A DNA stretch of 64,000 bases from Octopus sinensis (GCF_006345805.1 NC_043002.1:9610001-9674000); one strand, 5' to 3'; numbered from the stretch's first letter, positions 52,401-64,000 are shown. The notes: generated by a model not told the origin, from the sequence alone. Program-made: numbers and translations.

Positions 52401-53589
52401 TGGATGACGCTTCCACGAGAGATTTTGAGCTCTCATAAGGAGGCGAGTGTAAGTTCCATCCAACCACCTCCTTATGGAATGTGCACATATGATGATATGA
52501 CCTTACCAGCTCAGTTTTCTCTCCTGCACACCACATTTGATGTGTCTTCCTTATGGAAGAGGAAGTTATAGGTGGTTGTGTGAGAAGTAGGGGTGGAGGG
52601 TAGAAGTATAATGAAACTGTAGATAAATGAGAAGCAGTTTGATGACACGGAGTGGTGTGGATCCAGAAAGGTTGCCCAGTGACAGATGGTGGTCAGAGAT
52701 ATGTTGGAATAGGAAGTAAATGACAAAGCTGGAGTGGGAACATTGTGATAGCAGAGATGAGAGCCAGGAGAAATGGCATCCAGTGGAAAATCAAGTGGTG
52801 AAGCTACAATATTGACTGCTAACAGATTTTATCTGTCTTTATGTTATAAATAAACACATTCGACTATTTATATCCAAGTCACCTCCTATCTCAAAACCCC
52901 ATGGTTTTGAGATAGAAGTGCCAGCGAGTGTCAGCCGGTGACTGACTGACTTGGAAAAAATTTGACAAGTCAGTCAGTCGCCTGCTGACGATACATCGAA
53001 GAGGCCAGAGAACAGAAGAAAGAAGACATGCACCCAACACCAGAGCTGAAGACACCTCGGAAAGGGGAGACCCCGCCACGTCAAAACAGTAGAGGAGTAG
53101 GGGCCGAAACCGGACGTGGTTCCTCCTGATGATGTCTTGAGCTAACTGGATCCTATAAAGGAGCTGTTGAGGTAGCAGACCACGAAACACGGTTGTAATT
53201 CCTCAGGATAATGTTGAGAATGTGAGATAGGTGACAAAAGTAAATGGTTCCAAAGAGAAAGAGAACTGATAACACATGCGGAGAGTGAAATATCTCCAGT
53301 TCTGCTCTCATATAATTATAGCAGTTGAGTGAAGAGTGCCATGGTCAGGAATGTTATGAAGGGATGGATGTTAGGAAGATGAGTTGTGGGGAAGGCTTGA
53401 CAGGGACAGATCACGTACGAGGGCAGAGATATAAACAATATGGCTTTGGGTCCTCATTTTTGCCAGACAGATAGATCTAGAGCAAATGATTTGTTAATCA
53501 TCTCAGTCATTTGTCATCTCCTATATCTTCCTCAGGCTCCTTCCACAAGTTCCATTCACATTTTGTGATCACTGCTTTATGCAACTATC

Positions 53590-53890
53590 CTCAGCCATAT
53601 GCATCCCATGACCTTACCAGCTCAGTTCTCTCTCCTGCACACTACATTTGATGTGTCTTATGCAGAATTTTCCCAACACATTTGCACTTCATCATATGTA
53701 CACATCCAACAGAGCATGCCAGCTTCAGTTCTTTCTAGTTTCCACATGTTCCTATGCATTCGTGGACCATGTTTCATTGCCCTGTATTATTACTGTTCCT
53801 ACAAAATATCATACAATCTACCTACCATTTTGAGAGAGAGAGAGGCCTTTAGTTACCAATACAAGTAATAGTTCTTTGAATTTTCTCCAA
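53590..53890 (-). mobile_element. RTE ORF C-terminal fragment
   Basis: Homologous to 2580-2720; reverse complement encodes an LSW*GH motif. Confidence 0.65.
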
Positions 53891-54281
53891 CCACTTCGTA
53901 TTTTGGCAATAATACTTCCCGCACATTCTCCTCCACTGCTAATTAGGATATCTAGGTAACTCACACACATATAAAAGAAGAATATAAGTGGGGCTTAAAA
54001 TTTACTTCAACCGTTTCACTTTATTGAAGCATTCTTCGATTACATCATAGCAGCATAAATACACTATCCTCAGGTAAATTTTAAACATGTATAAATAGGC
54101 AAGGCAAAACTAGAAGCTGATCTGTTTATTAACTTAACATGATGTGGAATATTTTAAACATCACTTGTCTCCTTCTGTTTTACATATGCCACACCTGGAA
54201 CCAACCTTGGGTTGAGTCCTTGGTTTATATTGAATTTGGGGCCTGTATGTGTGTGTGTGCACATGTATATATGTGTGTGTG

Positions 54282-54326
<45 letters not shown>

Positions 54327-54543
54327 ATATATATTTATAGCAATAATAAGTCTCGCTCACACACACACCACACACCTACAGTATACTATCAAATGGTGAC
54401 ACGTAATGATTGTTTTACCTTTCTTTGAAATCAATGTTATGATACTCAGCCAGTCCTGGTGTCCTATTTCTTGATAAGCCTAATTTCTAATGAATCTTGT
54501 AATTAATCTCTCTTTCTCCCCCCCACTATATATGTGTGTATAT

Positions 54544-54575
<32 letters not shown>

Positions 54576-54629
54576 TAGCATATATATATATGAATGTAGA
54601 TATATTATATATTAGTATGTATATATATA

Positions 54630-54665
<36 letters not shown>

Positions 54666-54756
54666 ATATTAATTAGAGACAAAACCACTATTTTGCAAAA
54701 CAAACAAGGAAAGACTTAATCAATACATAAAATTTTAATAAAAAGTAAAAAAACCG

Positions 54757-54800
54757 CCACTACAATTGTTTCATGTCTTCTAATGACAATCTTCAGGTGG
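54757..54800 (-). ncRNA. Type I hammerhead ribozyme motif (antisense copy)
   Basis: Exact reverse complement of 55259-55302. Confidence 0.8.
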
Positions 54801-55258
54801 ATTTCCGATCTAAAATATCAATATATTAAAATATAAGTTTAAAATAATTTTAAAATAATAAAAAATATAAATATATAATCTATATATAACCTATATATAA
54901 TCCATATATAATCAATATATAATCTAAAATAAACCCTATCAACAATTAAATATAAAACAAAATAAAAATAAACTATATATACACACATACGCATACACTT
55001 ATAACTAAGTATATATAACCATATCTAAATACATACACTAACTCACACACCTATATATATATCCCTATACATACACATAAAAACGTCTATTTTTATTTTG
55101 TTTTATATTTAATTGTTGATAGGGTTTATTTTAGATTATATATTGATTATATATGGATTATATATAGGTTATATATAGATTATATATTTATATTTTTTTA
55201 TTATTTTAAAATTATTTTAAACTTATATTTTAATATATTGATATTTTAGATCGGAAAT

Positions 55259-55302
55259 CCACCTGAAGATTGTCATTAGAAGACATGAAACAATTGTAGT
55301 GG
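55259..55302 (+). ncRNA. Type I minimal hammerhead ribozyme motif
   Basis: ccac CTGAAGA t-tgtc-attagaa-gaca-t GAAA caattg TA gtgg: stem I ccac/gtgg, stem II tgtc/gaca, palindromic stem III CAATTG, GUA site after 55298. Confidence 0.82.
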
Positions 55303-55519
55303 CGGTTTTTTTACTTTTTATTAAAATTTTATGTATTGATTAAGTCTTTCCTTGTTTGTTTTGCAAAATAGTGGTTTTGTCTCTAATTAATATTATATAA
55401 TATTTTACTACAAAATTGGATTTAATCCTAAATCTGATTTTTTCCCTGTAAATTTGGATTTATTCCCTAATATTTATTATTATATATATATATATATATA
55501 TATTATATAATCTTTATAT

Positions 55520-57330
55520 CTTTAAAAATGTTTCCGCTTCAAAGCTGCGGTCACCACCTGTGCTGGGGTACCACTATTGACTGAGCTATGTCTGGAACCC
55601 TTGACAGGAAGAGACCCAGTTTTATTTTAAAGATACTTATATCCACTCTATGCAGGTCTCTCAGGCATTTTGGAAAGATTTTGAAGAGCTGTGGGCCTTT
55701 GAAGCCCAAGCTGTTGCAGTATCTGGTCCCATATTTTGATGGTGATGCTGGGATCTTTGGCAGTATGCATTGGCGCCAGTTTGAGTGACTTTCAATGCCA
55801 AAGTTTGGTACAAGGCCTTCTAGGATTTTCCAGATGTATATCACTGTATACCTTTCCCGCCTTCATTCTAGGGAGAAAAGGTTTAATTCTTTCAGCCTTC
55901 CCCAGTAGCTGATACATTGCATCGAGACGGTTTTCTTAGCAGAGCTTCTTTGGATTGCTTTGTGTTCCATCATGGATTTTATAGTGAGGGCACTAGTCCA
56001 AGCGGTTGAGGATGTATGTCCTCCAAAGGATCATCAATGTCTCCTTTTCTCTTGCTTTGAAAGTTCGGAGGATCCAACTAGCCATCTGTCTACATTTTAT
56101 TACCAAGTTGGTAATATGCACTCGAAAAGATGCATCGTTGCTCATGTCAGTGCCCAGGTCATGCACTAATTTTGATTCAGGGATTTCAATTCCTCTTGGG
56201 CAGTGTATCCTGTCTGCATGTCATTTAGCATGTATGCTGGTAGCATAGGGCCTGAAATTTTCCTGCATTAAACTGCATGTTGTTGTCTACAGCTCACCTG
56301 TATATTGCATCCAACTCCCATTGCAGATGTGCAATATTTCCAGGATTTTGTATTGTCTGAGAGACTTTTGTGTCATCTGCATAGCTAGCAAGGGTGGCTA
56401 TCTGAGCAGCCGAAGGCATGTCTGTGAGGGCCACTATGAATAGCAGTGGCTTGAAGACAGTGCCCTGTGAATACCACTTGCTATTTGTGTTTCCTTGGAG
56501 GTGGCTCCATTGACCACAACTGCCTGCCGTCAGTATTTCACTTATCCTCATAGGGTTTCCTGTGAGGGAGCCATCTTTTTTGGGAGAGCGATCCTATCTT
56601 GTGGCATACTGGGGCTGTTTCTTTGGCAAACTTAAAGAAAGCTTTAAGGTTTGACTTGATATTTTCTATAACTCAAGCTTCTTTAGCTGCTCTCTCCCTT
56701 CCATGAAACTGATGCAGACTTTTCTCAATCTCCAACAGTGCTCTCTCCAGGCAAGACTTCTTGCTACTTTTGGGGTGCTTGCTCAGGCAATTTGCAATCT
56801 TTGTCATCTCATAAGAATCTTCCTTTCCCTAGGAATTCTAATTTTGTGTATGTTGGCCTTGCACAATAGGACAGATTTGTCACATATGGCTTGTATTATG
56901 AACATGAAATGTTTGTGTTTCATGTCAATGTCTGGTGTGGAGAGAGACATTTAGGCCAATCCTGCCTGAGGATCTCTTTCTCAATCAACTTCCAATTTGC
57001 TTTATGAGAATTTAGCTTGGAGACATTTTAGATACTTTGTATAGGCTGTGTGTCTGCAGGAGTTTTTGGTCCACACATGGACAGCTCTATTATGTTGTGA
57101 TCTGCGATGAGCATCGGTCTCACCTTAGCATTTTGGATAATGTCCATATTGTTTGTGAAGCAGAGATCCAGCATATTATTTGCCCTGGTTTTTTGAAGCA
57201 TGATTTGCTCCATGAAAGAAGCATTGGTAAGGTGGAGCAGGGAGTCTGCCTGTGCTTGCTGGTGGTGTGTCATTCCATAGGAACAAGGAGAGAAAATAAT
57301 GTGCAATGGCTAGCGATCTATTATGGCGAA
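55520..57330 (-). mobile_element. Decayed CR1-like LINE (APE, RT and C-terminus, with internal deletions)
   Basis: TRANNMLDLCFTNN..ADHN; QGTVFKPLLF..SYADDTKV; YCNSLGFKGPQLF. Confidence 0.88.
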
Positions 57331-58119
57331 TGCCAGACCGAAGGGTGACACAAGAGAGCTAGGGAGAAGGGGAGATTACTTTATTATCTTCCCTTCTGTT
57401 ACCACTTGATAACCTGTGTTGGTGTGTTTACATCCCCGTAACTCAGTGGTTTGGGAAAAAGAGTCCAATAGAATAAGTACCAGATTTTAAAATGGCGTTA
57501 AATACTGGGGTCGATTTTTTTTCAACTAAAAATCCTGCATGGCTGCAGTCAAATGACTGAAACAAGAAAAAAATAATATGGATTATTAAATTTCGTTTTT
57601 GGATATAGTATTTTCAATAATACAAATAATACAATAATTTAAAAGTGTTTCACCTTTAGACATAAGATGAATATTCATAGACTTGTTTTAACGACATTTC
57701 CAAATACAGAAAAGCGAACAGACCTATTTTCAGTGTGACCTCTACCCAAGATAGTGAGAACTTCACATTTTGAACTCTGTCTGATCTTCATGATTTTGTA
57801 ATACTTCTGATTATCGTTTTTATCACAACTGTCTACAGACATTTGACTACATGTCTGCTTCCCTGTTATCACATTTCCTTATTGATGTTTGTTGAGGTGG
57901 TCGCAATGTTATCTCTGTCTGAACGGCTATACTTCCTTCTGCTAAGCATCTGGTACATTATCTCTGTAATCAGTTCAGTACACTGTTAAATATGGCATAC
58001 TTGGGTTTTAAAACTTCTGACTCTACAGTATAGCCTTATAATTTCAGAAGGTGGGGTAGCTAGCTATTTGACTGTTTGGTTATCATTGTTTCATGGACAA
58101 CAAGAAAAAAGCGGTATAT

Positions 58120-58168
<49 letters not shown>

Positions 58169-58183
58169 TATATATATATAAAT

Positions 58184-58306
58184 AAAATAATATGTTACAT
58201 TACTCAATAGTCAAGATAAAACTCTGAGTTTCAGATGCTGAAGAGGAAATCCACAACACCATCTCTTCGGTTATCTTGACTATTGAGTAATGTAACATAT
58301 TATTTT
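58184..58306 (-). ncRNA. Hammerhead-like variant closed by a 36-bp perfect stem
   Basis: Minus strand: ...caagataa CCGAAGA gatg...catct GAAA ctcagag TT ttatcttg.... U4 is replaced by C; GUU site. Confidence 0.5.
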
Positions 58307-58375
58307 ATAGATAAATTTCCTCTATTTACATAATATTGAGGTCTCTTTCTTTCTTTTGTTATCTTACCGTTTTTA

Positions 58376-58411
<36 letters not shown>

Positions 58412-58697
58412 TTATTTTTCCTCTCTGTCTGCATGAGTTATTTTGAGTATTTTGTTTTGTCCGGGAGTCTCTTCTTATAGTAGTAGAAATAGCTAAGGTT
58501 CTTTGGCTGCTATTTCTAAACTTCGGTATGTGGTAAAGCAAATCTTTGCTGAACCCTAATTATAATTATACTCGTAATTATAAAATATTGCTTAAGTTTA
58601 CCGAGAAATGGTCCTTTTTCATGCCGAATTCTACTTGGTGGAATTATTAATTACTAGTTAATTAATTAATTTTACCCTTTATTATTATTGATAATAT

Positions 58698-58728
<31 letters not shown>

Positions 58729-58732
<4 letters not shown>

Positions 58733-58889
58733 TAGAGGGAAATCACTATGTGGACACTCTTATGCTAGAAATAGATCCGCTATGGTCTTACCACTAAGAA
58801 ATGTTCTCGAGTGGTATTTTTTAGTGGTAAGACCATAGCGGATCTATTTCTAGCATAAAGGTGTCCAGATAGTGGTTTCCCTCTAATAT
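58729..58889. repeat. 69-bp inverted repeat with 23-nt loop, TA-flanked
   Basis: Arms 58729-58797 and 58821-58889, 4 mismatches; related sequence at 61335-61390. Confidence 0.9.
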
Positions 58890-59021
58890 GTATATAATAC
58901 AATTTTACTGAACCTTCAGTTTTTTTATATGCTAGACCACTGGTGTGAAATCGATGTTAATTAAATTTATATCTAATTTCTCACCCTCATTTTAAATTTA
59001 TATATATATATATATATATAT

Positions 59022-59408
59022 ACTCTTTTACTTGTTTTAGTCATTTGACTGCAGCCATGCTGGAGCCCCGCCTTTAGTCGAGCAAATCGACCCCAGGACT
59101 TATTCTTTGTAAGCCCAGTACTTATTCTATCGGTCTCTTTTGCCAAACCGCTAAGTGACGGGGACGTAAACACACCAGCATCGGTTGTCAAGCAATGCTA
59201 GGGGGACAAACACAGACACACAAACATATATATATACATATATACGACAGGCTTCTTTCAGTTTCCGTCTACCAAATCCACTCACAAGGCATTGGTCGGC
59301 CCAGGGCTATAGCAGAAGACACTTGCCCAAGATGCCACGCAGTGGGACTGAACCTGGAACCATGTGGTTGGTTAGCAAGCTACTTACCACATAGCCACTC
59401 CTGCGCCT
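59022..59408 (-). mobile_element. SINE family B, full length
   Basis: Head-to-tail match to the family. Confidence 0.9.
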
Positions 59409-60016
59409 ATGCATACAATATATACATATGTATATATAAATAATATGCGTGTCTAATGTACAATTTTACAACTTAAAGGCAGAAGTATATTTGCCACTAA
59501 AGTGAACAAGGGCACTGATCAGCACTAGTATTGCTAGAAATAAGGGTGAAAATAACTCAATACCCACAAAAGCTCTATCATGATGGGCTGACAAGCCACC
59601 TACGGTCACAGATAGTGCTAGATCACTGATGATCTTGTATTTTGATGCTTAACACATCTTAATGCTCATCAGTAGCTCTCACCATGCCTAGGGTTAAACT
59701 CGTCTCGCTTTGTCAGCTCATAAGATCTCCATCGAAATCATATATTGATTTCATAAATGGTACTCGGAGTATTATAAATAATATGGGTGGTTAATTCACA
59801 ATTTTAACACGTAAATGTAGAAATATATACGCCACAAGGTCACTAATCAGCACCAGTATTGCTAGAAATAAGAGTCAAAAACAACTTAATAGCCATAAAA
59901 GCTCTATCTTAATGCACTGACAAGGGGGACAAGCTTTTGTGGTTACTGAGTTGTTTTGGCTCTCATTTCTAGCAATACTGGTGAGGATTAGTGCTCTTGT
60001 TCACTTTAGTGATGTA

Positions 60017-60057
<41 letters not shown>

Positions 60058-60063
<6 letters not shown>

Positions 60064-60435
60064 GTGTGGTAAGTAGCTTGCTAACCAACCACATGGTTCC
60101 GGGTTGAGTCCCACTGCGTGGCATCTTGGGTAAGTGTCTTCTGCTATAGCCCTGGGCCGACCAATGCCTTGTGAGTGGATGTGGTAGACGGAAACTGAAA
60201 GAAGCCTGTCGTATATATATGTATATATATATGGATGTGTGTGTGTTTGTCCCCCTAGCATTGCTTGACAACCGATGCTGGTGTGTTTACGTACCCGTCA
60301 CTTAGCAGTTCGGCAAAAGAGACCAATAGAATAAGTACTGGGCTTACAAAGAATAAGTCCCGGGGTCAATTTGCTCGACTAAAGGCGGTGCTCCAGCATG
60401 GCCGCAGTCAAATGACTGAAACAAGTAAAAGAGTA
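60058..60435 (+). mobile_element. SINE family B, near full length
   Basis: Match to the family; inverted relative to 59022-59408. Confidence 0.9.
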
Positions 60436-60437
60436 AA

Positions 60438-60496
<59 letters not shown>

Positions 60497-60926
60497 TACA
60501 TGCATACACCAAGGACCAAGGATTAAGTGGTATATATAACTTCAGGAAGTTAGTTAAGCTTTGAGCCGTCTGTAAATGGTATGAACAATAATGGTTTGCT
60601 GACGTAGAACGTTGTAAATTTTTTCCATATCAGAGTTTGATAAGCTGAAAAGAGTTATTTTGTAGCTCATAAGTTAGTGGCTGCGGTTGCTGTGTATGGG
60701 AATAAAAATCCTAAATTAGGAAATGGAGTAGATAAAATCCAGGCCACACACATTTCATAGTTAGCAGAACATGGGTAGTAGTAATTAACCAAATCTTTAT
60801 ACATTTTCATTTTTATTTTTACATTCATTCTCCTATTTCCCTATATACTACTTATTTGCTTCCTTTTTCCAAAATAACTCCTTGTATTGAACTCTAATAT
60901 TTCCCTCTATTTAACTATCTCACATC

Positions 60927-60974
60927 GTCTCTGATGAAGGGATATCCCTAATATACCAGAAACAGCTGTAAGAC
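60927..60974 (+). ncRNA. Type I hammerhead ribozyme motif in a PLE pseudo-LTR (about 60780-61180)
   Basis: gtct CTGATGA agggatatccctaatatacca GAAA cagctg TA agac: canonical core, palindromic stem III CAGCTG, GUA site after 60970. Confidence 0.85.
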
Positions 60975-61391
60975 TAGCGTTCTCTCTATAAATGCCCTGA
61001 AAATTCCACACAGCCTTGGCTTTGTTGTCTCACTTTATTTAAAATATACATTCTCGTATAAGACCCGCATTAGACCTCTCACTCATATTTTGTCGAACTG
61101 AGAGTTTAACTACAGTCCTTCCTTAGTACTTAGATTGCATTACCTGCTACCTTGAGTCTTCTGGATACAAATACCTCCTATATATATATATATAATCAAC
61201 TAATAAGGGTAAGAAAATTGGATACTAATTTAATAGTACCATCAATTTAACACCAAGTGGCTTAGTGCATAAAAACCCGGAATACAATAAATTAGTTGTG
61301 CCGACTTTCATCGGAAACAATTCTTCGTGGCTGAAACCCTAGCGGATCTATTTTTAGTGCTAGAGTCGACTACATAGTGGTCACTCTCTTA

Positions 61392-61435
<44 letters not shown>

Positions 61436-61926
61436 GTATGTATGATCTGATTAGTTAAGACAAATGTTAAATGTTAGCAAATATACACAAACAAAATAAA
61501 GGTTTTAAAAATAAACAGCTTGCGAAATAGTAAGGGTGTATTTATCTTTTTTATAACTATGTCTCATATAAAATAAGAATAGATGGAAAATATTATTGTA
61601 ATGTTGAATTTTCTTGGCAAACTTGAATCTTGTATGGAATTTGTGGTCATGTAACTTTAACTGTTTTAAAATATATCCACCAGAAATTAAATTTGAGATT
61701 TTTTATAGTGGATAAAGGACTATAAAATTAATAGTAGCCGAGAGAATATTGCCTCGTTGCTTTTTGTTTTTGGTTGCATATCATTTTTGTTCAGTTTTAA
61801 GAATTTTTTGAAACAATTAGTCATTCTTGTTGGTAATAAAGCTTTTAACAGTTGAGATATTAAACACTAGTAACATTCCAGAAGTTTGACTTATTTATCC
61901 AATGTGAAGATGGTAATAGTATGCTT

Positions 61927-62582
61927 AAGGCGGTGAGCTGGCAGAAATGTAAGCATGTCGGGCGAAATGCTTAGCAGTATTTCGTCTGCCATTACGTTCT
62001 GAGTTCAAATTCCACTGAGGTCGACTTTGCCTTTTATCCTTTTGGGGTCAATAAATTAAGTTCCAGTTACGCACTGGGGGTGATATAATCAACTTATAGG
62101 CGCAGGAGTGGCTGTGTGGTAAGTAGCTTGCTTACCAACCACATGGTTCCGGGTTCAATCCCACTGCGTGGCATCTTGGGCAAGTGTCTTCTGCTATAGC
62201 CCCGGGCCGACCAATGCCTTGTGAGTGGATTTGGTAGACGGAAACTGAAAGAAGCCTGTCGTATATATGTATATATATATGTATGTGTGTGTATATGTTT
62301 GTGTGTCTGTGTTTGTCCCCCTAGCATTGCTTGACAACCGATGCTGGTGTGTTTACATCCCTGTCAATTAGCGGTTCGGCAAAAGAGACCGATAGAATAA
62401 GTACTGGGCTTACAAAAGAATAAGTCCCGGGGTCGAGTTGCTCGACTAAAGGCGGTGCTCCAGCATGGCCGCAGTCAAATGACTGAAACAAGTAAAAAAA
62501 AAAAAAAAGACTTAATCCGTTTGTCTGTCCTTGTTTGTCCTCTCTGTGTTTAGCCCCTTGTGGGTAGTAAAGAAATGGGTAA
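61927..62582 (+). mobile_element. SINE family A with a nested full-length family B copy (62098-62500)
   Basis: Family A is interrupted after ...aatcaactta and resumes at gacttaatccgtttgtctg. Confidence 0.88.
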
Positions 62583-63249
62583 TAGTATGTTTTGAAAGCT
62601 ACAGTTCAATAGCTTCATCATTTTCTTCTTTGGAAATATTATGCAGTGTTTAATTGATTTTTTGTTTATCCTTTCCATTTATTACCTTGTATTAAAACCT
62701 ATTTTTTAAATCTAATTTTATTAGCTTCTTTGTGTTCAGAAAATCTCCTCTTTAACTCACTCTCAGCATCTTATGTTCTTCATGGCTTACACTCTACTTT
62801 GGATATTTTTGGATTATGAATAAGTTTGCTTAGCTTCTCTGAATGTAATTAGAAGCACATTTAGAAAAAGGCTAGTCTAAAGTCAAACGCATTTGTAAGT
62901 CGTAGTTGAATGAGTTGTTTGCAAAGTGAATGTATTTATAGCATTTAGGAATAAAAATGTCCATTCTCAAAATATCACTTGAGAAAATATCTTTCAGCTG
63001 CCAAGCTAGGGAAGAAACTTAAGTAGGTAAATATATAATAGCCGAATTTTCCTCAATAGGAAAACAAAACTTACTGCCTTTAAAATAGGGACCTTATGTT
63101 GAAGTCTTGAAAGCCTTAATTTTAATATAGCTTACATTAAAAACAAAATGGCTCAGAATACTTTAGCGAGCAGTTTATGTGAATCTTGAGTTTCATTCAA
63201 ACAGGACATGACTAGAACACCAAGTATTCTGAACAACTTAATGGTTTAT

Positions 63250-63549
63250 CACCGTGACCGACCAGGCTATCAGATGTTGCTACACATCGCTGGTCACAAT
63301 GCACTTCGCATTGTTTTTTTAGCCTTCAAATGACGCTGCCCTGCTTGCCAAGAGGCCAGCAGAAGAAAGAGTGACAGAAAGTTATGGCAAAAGAGTACAG
63401 CAGAGATTGCCACCACCCCCTGCCGGAGCCTCATGGAGCTTTTAGGTGCTTTTGCTCAATAAACACTCACATCGCCTGGTCTGGGAATCGAAACCGCAAT
63501 CCTATGACCTCGAATCCGCTGTCCTAGCCACTGGGCCATTGCACCTCTG
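63250..63549 (-). mobile_element. SINE family C variant, full length
   Basis: Same head as 7005; 13-bp TSD cttaatggtttat at 63237-63249 and 63550-63562. Confidence 0.85.
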
Positions 63550-63981
63550 CTTAATGGTTTATATTTGCTATTTTTTCTTGTGTGGTATGTTTTGTTTTTG
63601 CTGTAATTACACATGAATTTTTTTTTGTCTTTCATTATCTATTAATTAACCTTTATTAATTTAATCTTACATTTATGAATGCATTTCATTTCAGCTTTTT
63701 TTTTTTGTTTTTTTTCTGTTTCTAAATCGTACTAGTTTAACACTCTGGCATAAATGGAATACTGGAAGAAGAAAAGCAGACAAACGTTTTTATCCACTGA
63801 TGAAAGTGATTAATTAATTATGATTAGATTATAATGAGTAATGTTATATGAATTCCTTGATAAATAAAAACATGTCTACATGTATTAATGCTAGTTTTAT
63901 CTACAATTGAATGAGTGAATTGAATATGTCAATCAATTTAATTATGTGAATTAATTAAAAAAATATCATTAAATTCTACAG

Positions 63982-64000
63982 GAGTCAGATGGAGAAACAT
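63982..64000 (+). CDS. RASSF1: Start of the RA-domain exon (ESDGET...), truncated by the window end
   Basis: Acceptor aattctacag|GAG TCA GAT GGA GAA ACA T, phase 0. This is the expected continuation (RASSF1 NKDGSYTGF). Only 19 nt are visible. Confidence 0.72.

Larger units (their letters stand above)
54660..55399. mobile_element. Penelope-type inverted pseudo-LTR pair (arms 54660-54970 and 55088-55399, 117-bp spacer)
   Basis: Arms are reverse complements with one A-run length difference seen; each contains a hammerhead; flanked by (TA)n. The PLE assignment is inferred from architecture. Confidence 0.8.

Noticed and set aside
53050-53210. CTGAAGA, CTGATGA and GAAAC words
   Set aside because: Stems are not in register; at best heavily decayed remnants.

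Overview
This is AT-rich, intron-dominated animal DNA, most likely cephalopod (Octopus-like). That assignment rests on my recollection of the SINE/LINE families, not a database search. The window lies inside a + strand RASSF1/3/5-type gene. Three phase-compatible coding exons are visible: the C1-domain second half (18082-18242), a DSGYRS/linker exon (35329-35478) and the start of the RA-domain exon (63982 to window end). There is also one candidate extra exon at 50582. The rest is intron filled with decayed mobile elements: RTE and CR1-like LINEs, Penelope-like elements (PLEs), hAT, mariner, piggyBac-like MITEs, Helitrons and three tRNA-derived SINE families. Two things stand out. First, several type I hammerhead ribozyme motifs sit in PLE-derived, (TA)n-flanked foldback structures, including a near-perfect 311-bp inverted repeat with a hammerhead in each arm. 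Second, an RTE LINE 3' UTR is built from hypervariable tandem arrays of 60-70 nt hairpin modules. There are no CRISPR, rRNA or true tRNA genes. TE boundaries are approximate unless a TSD or TIR is quoted.
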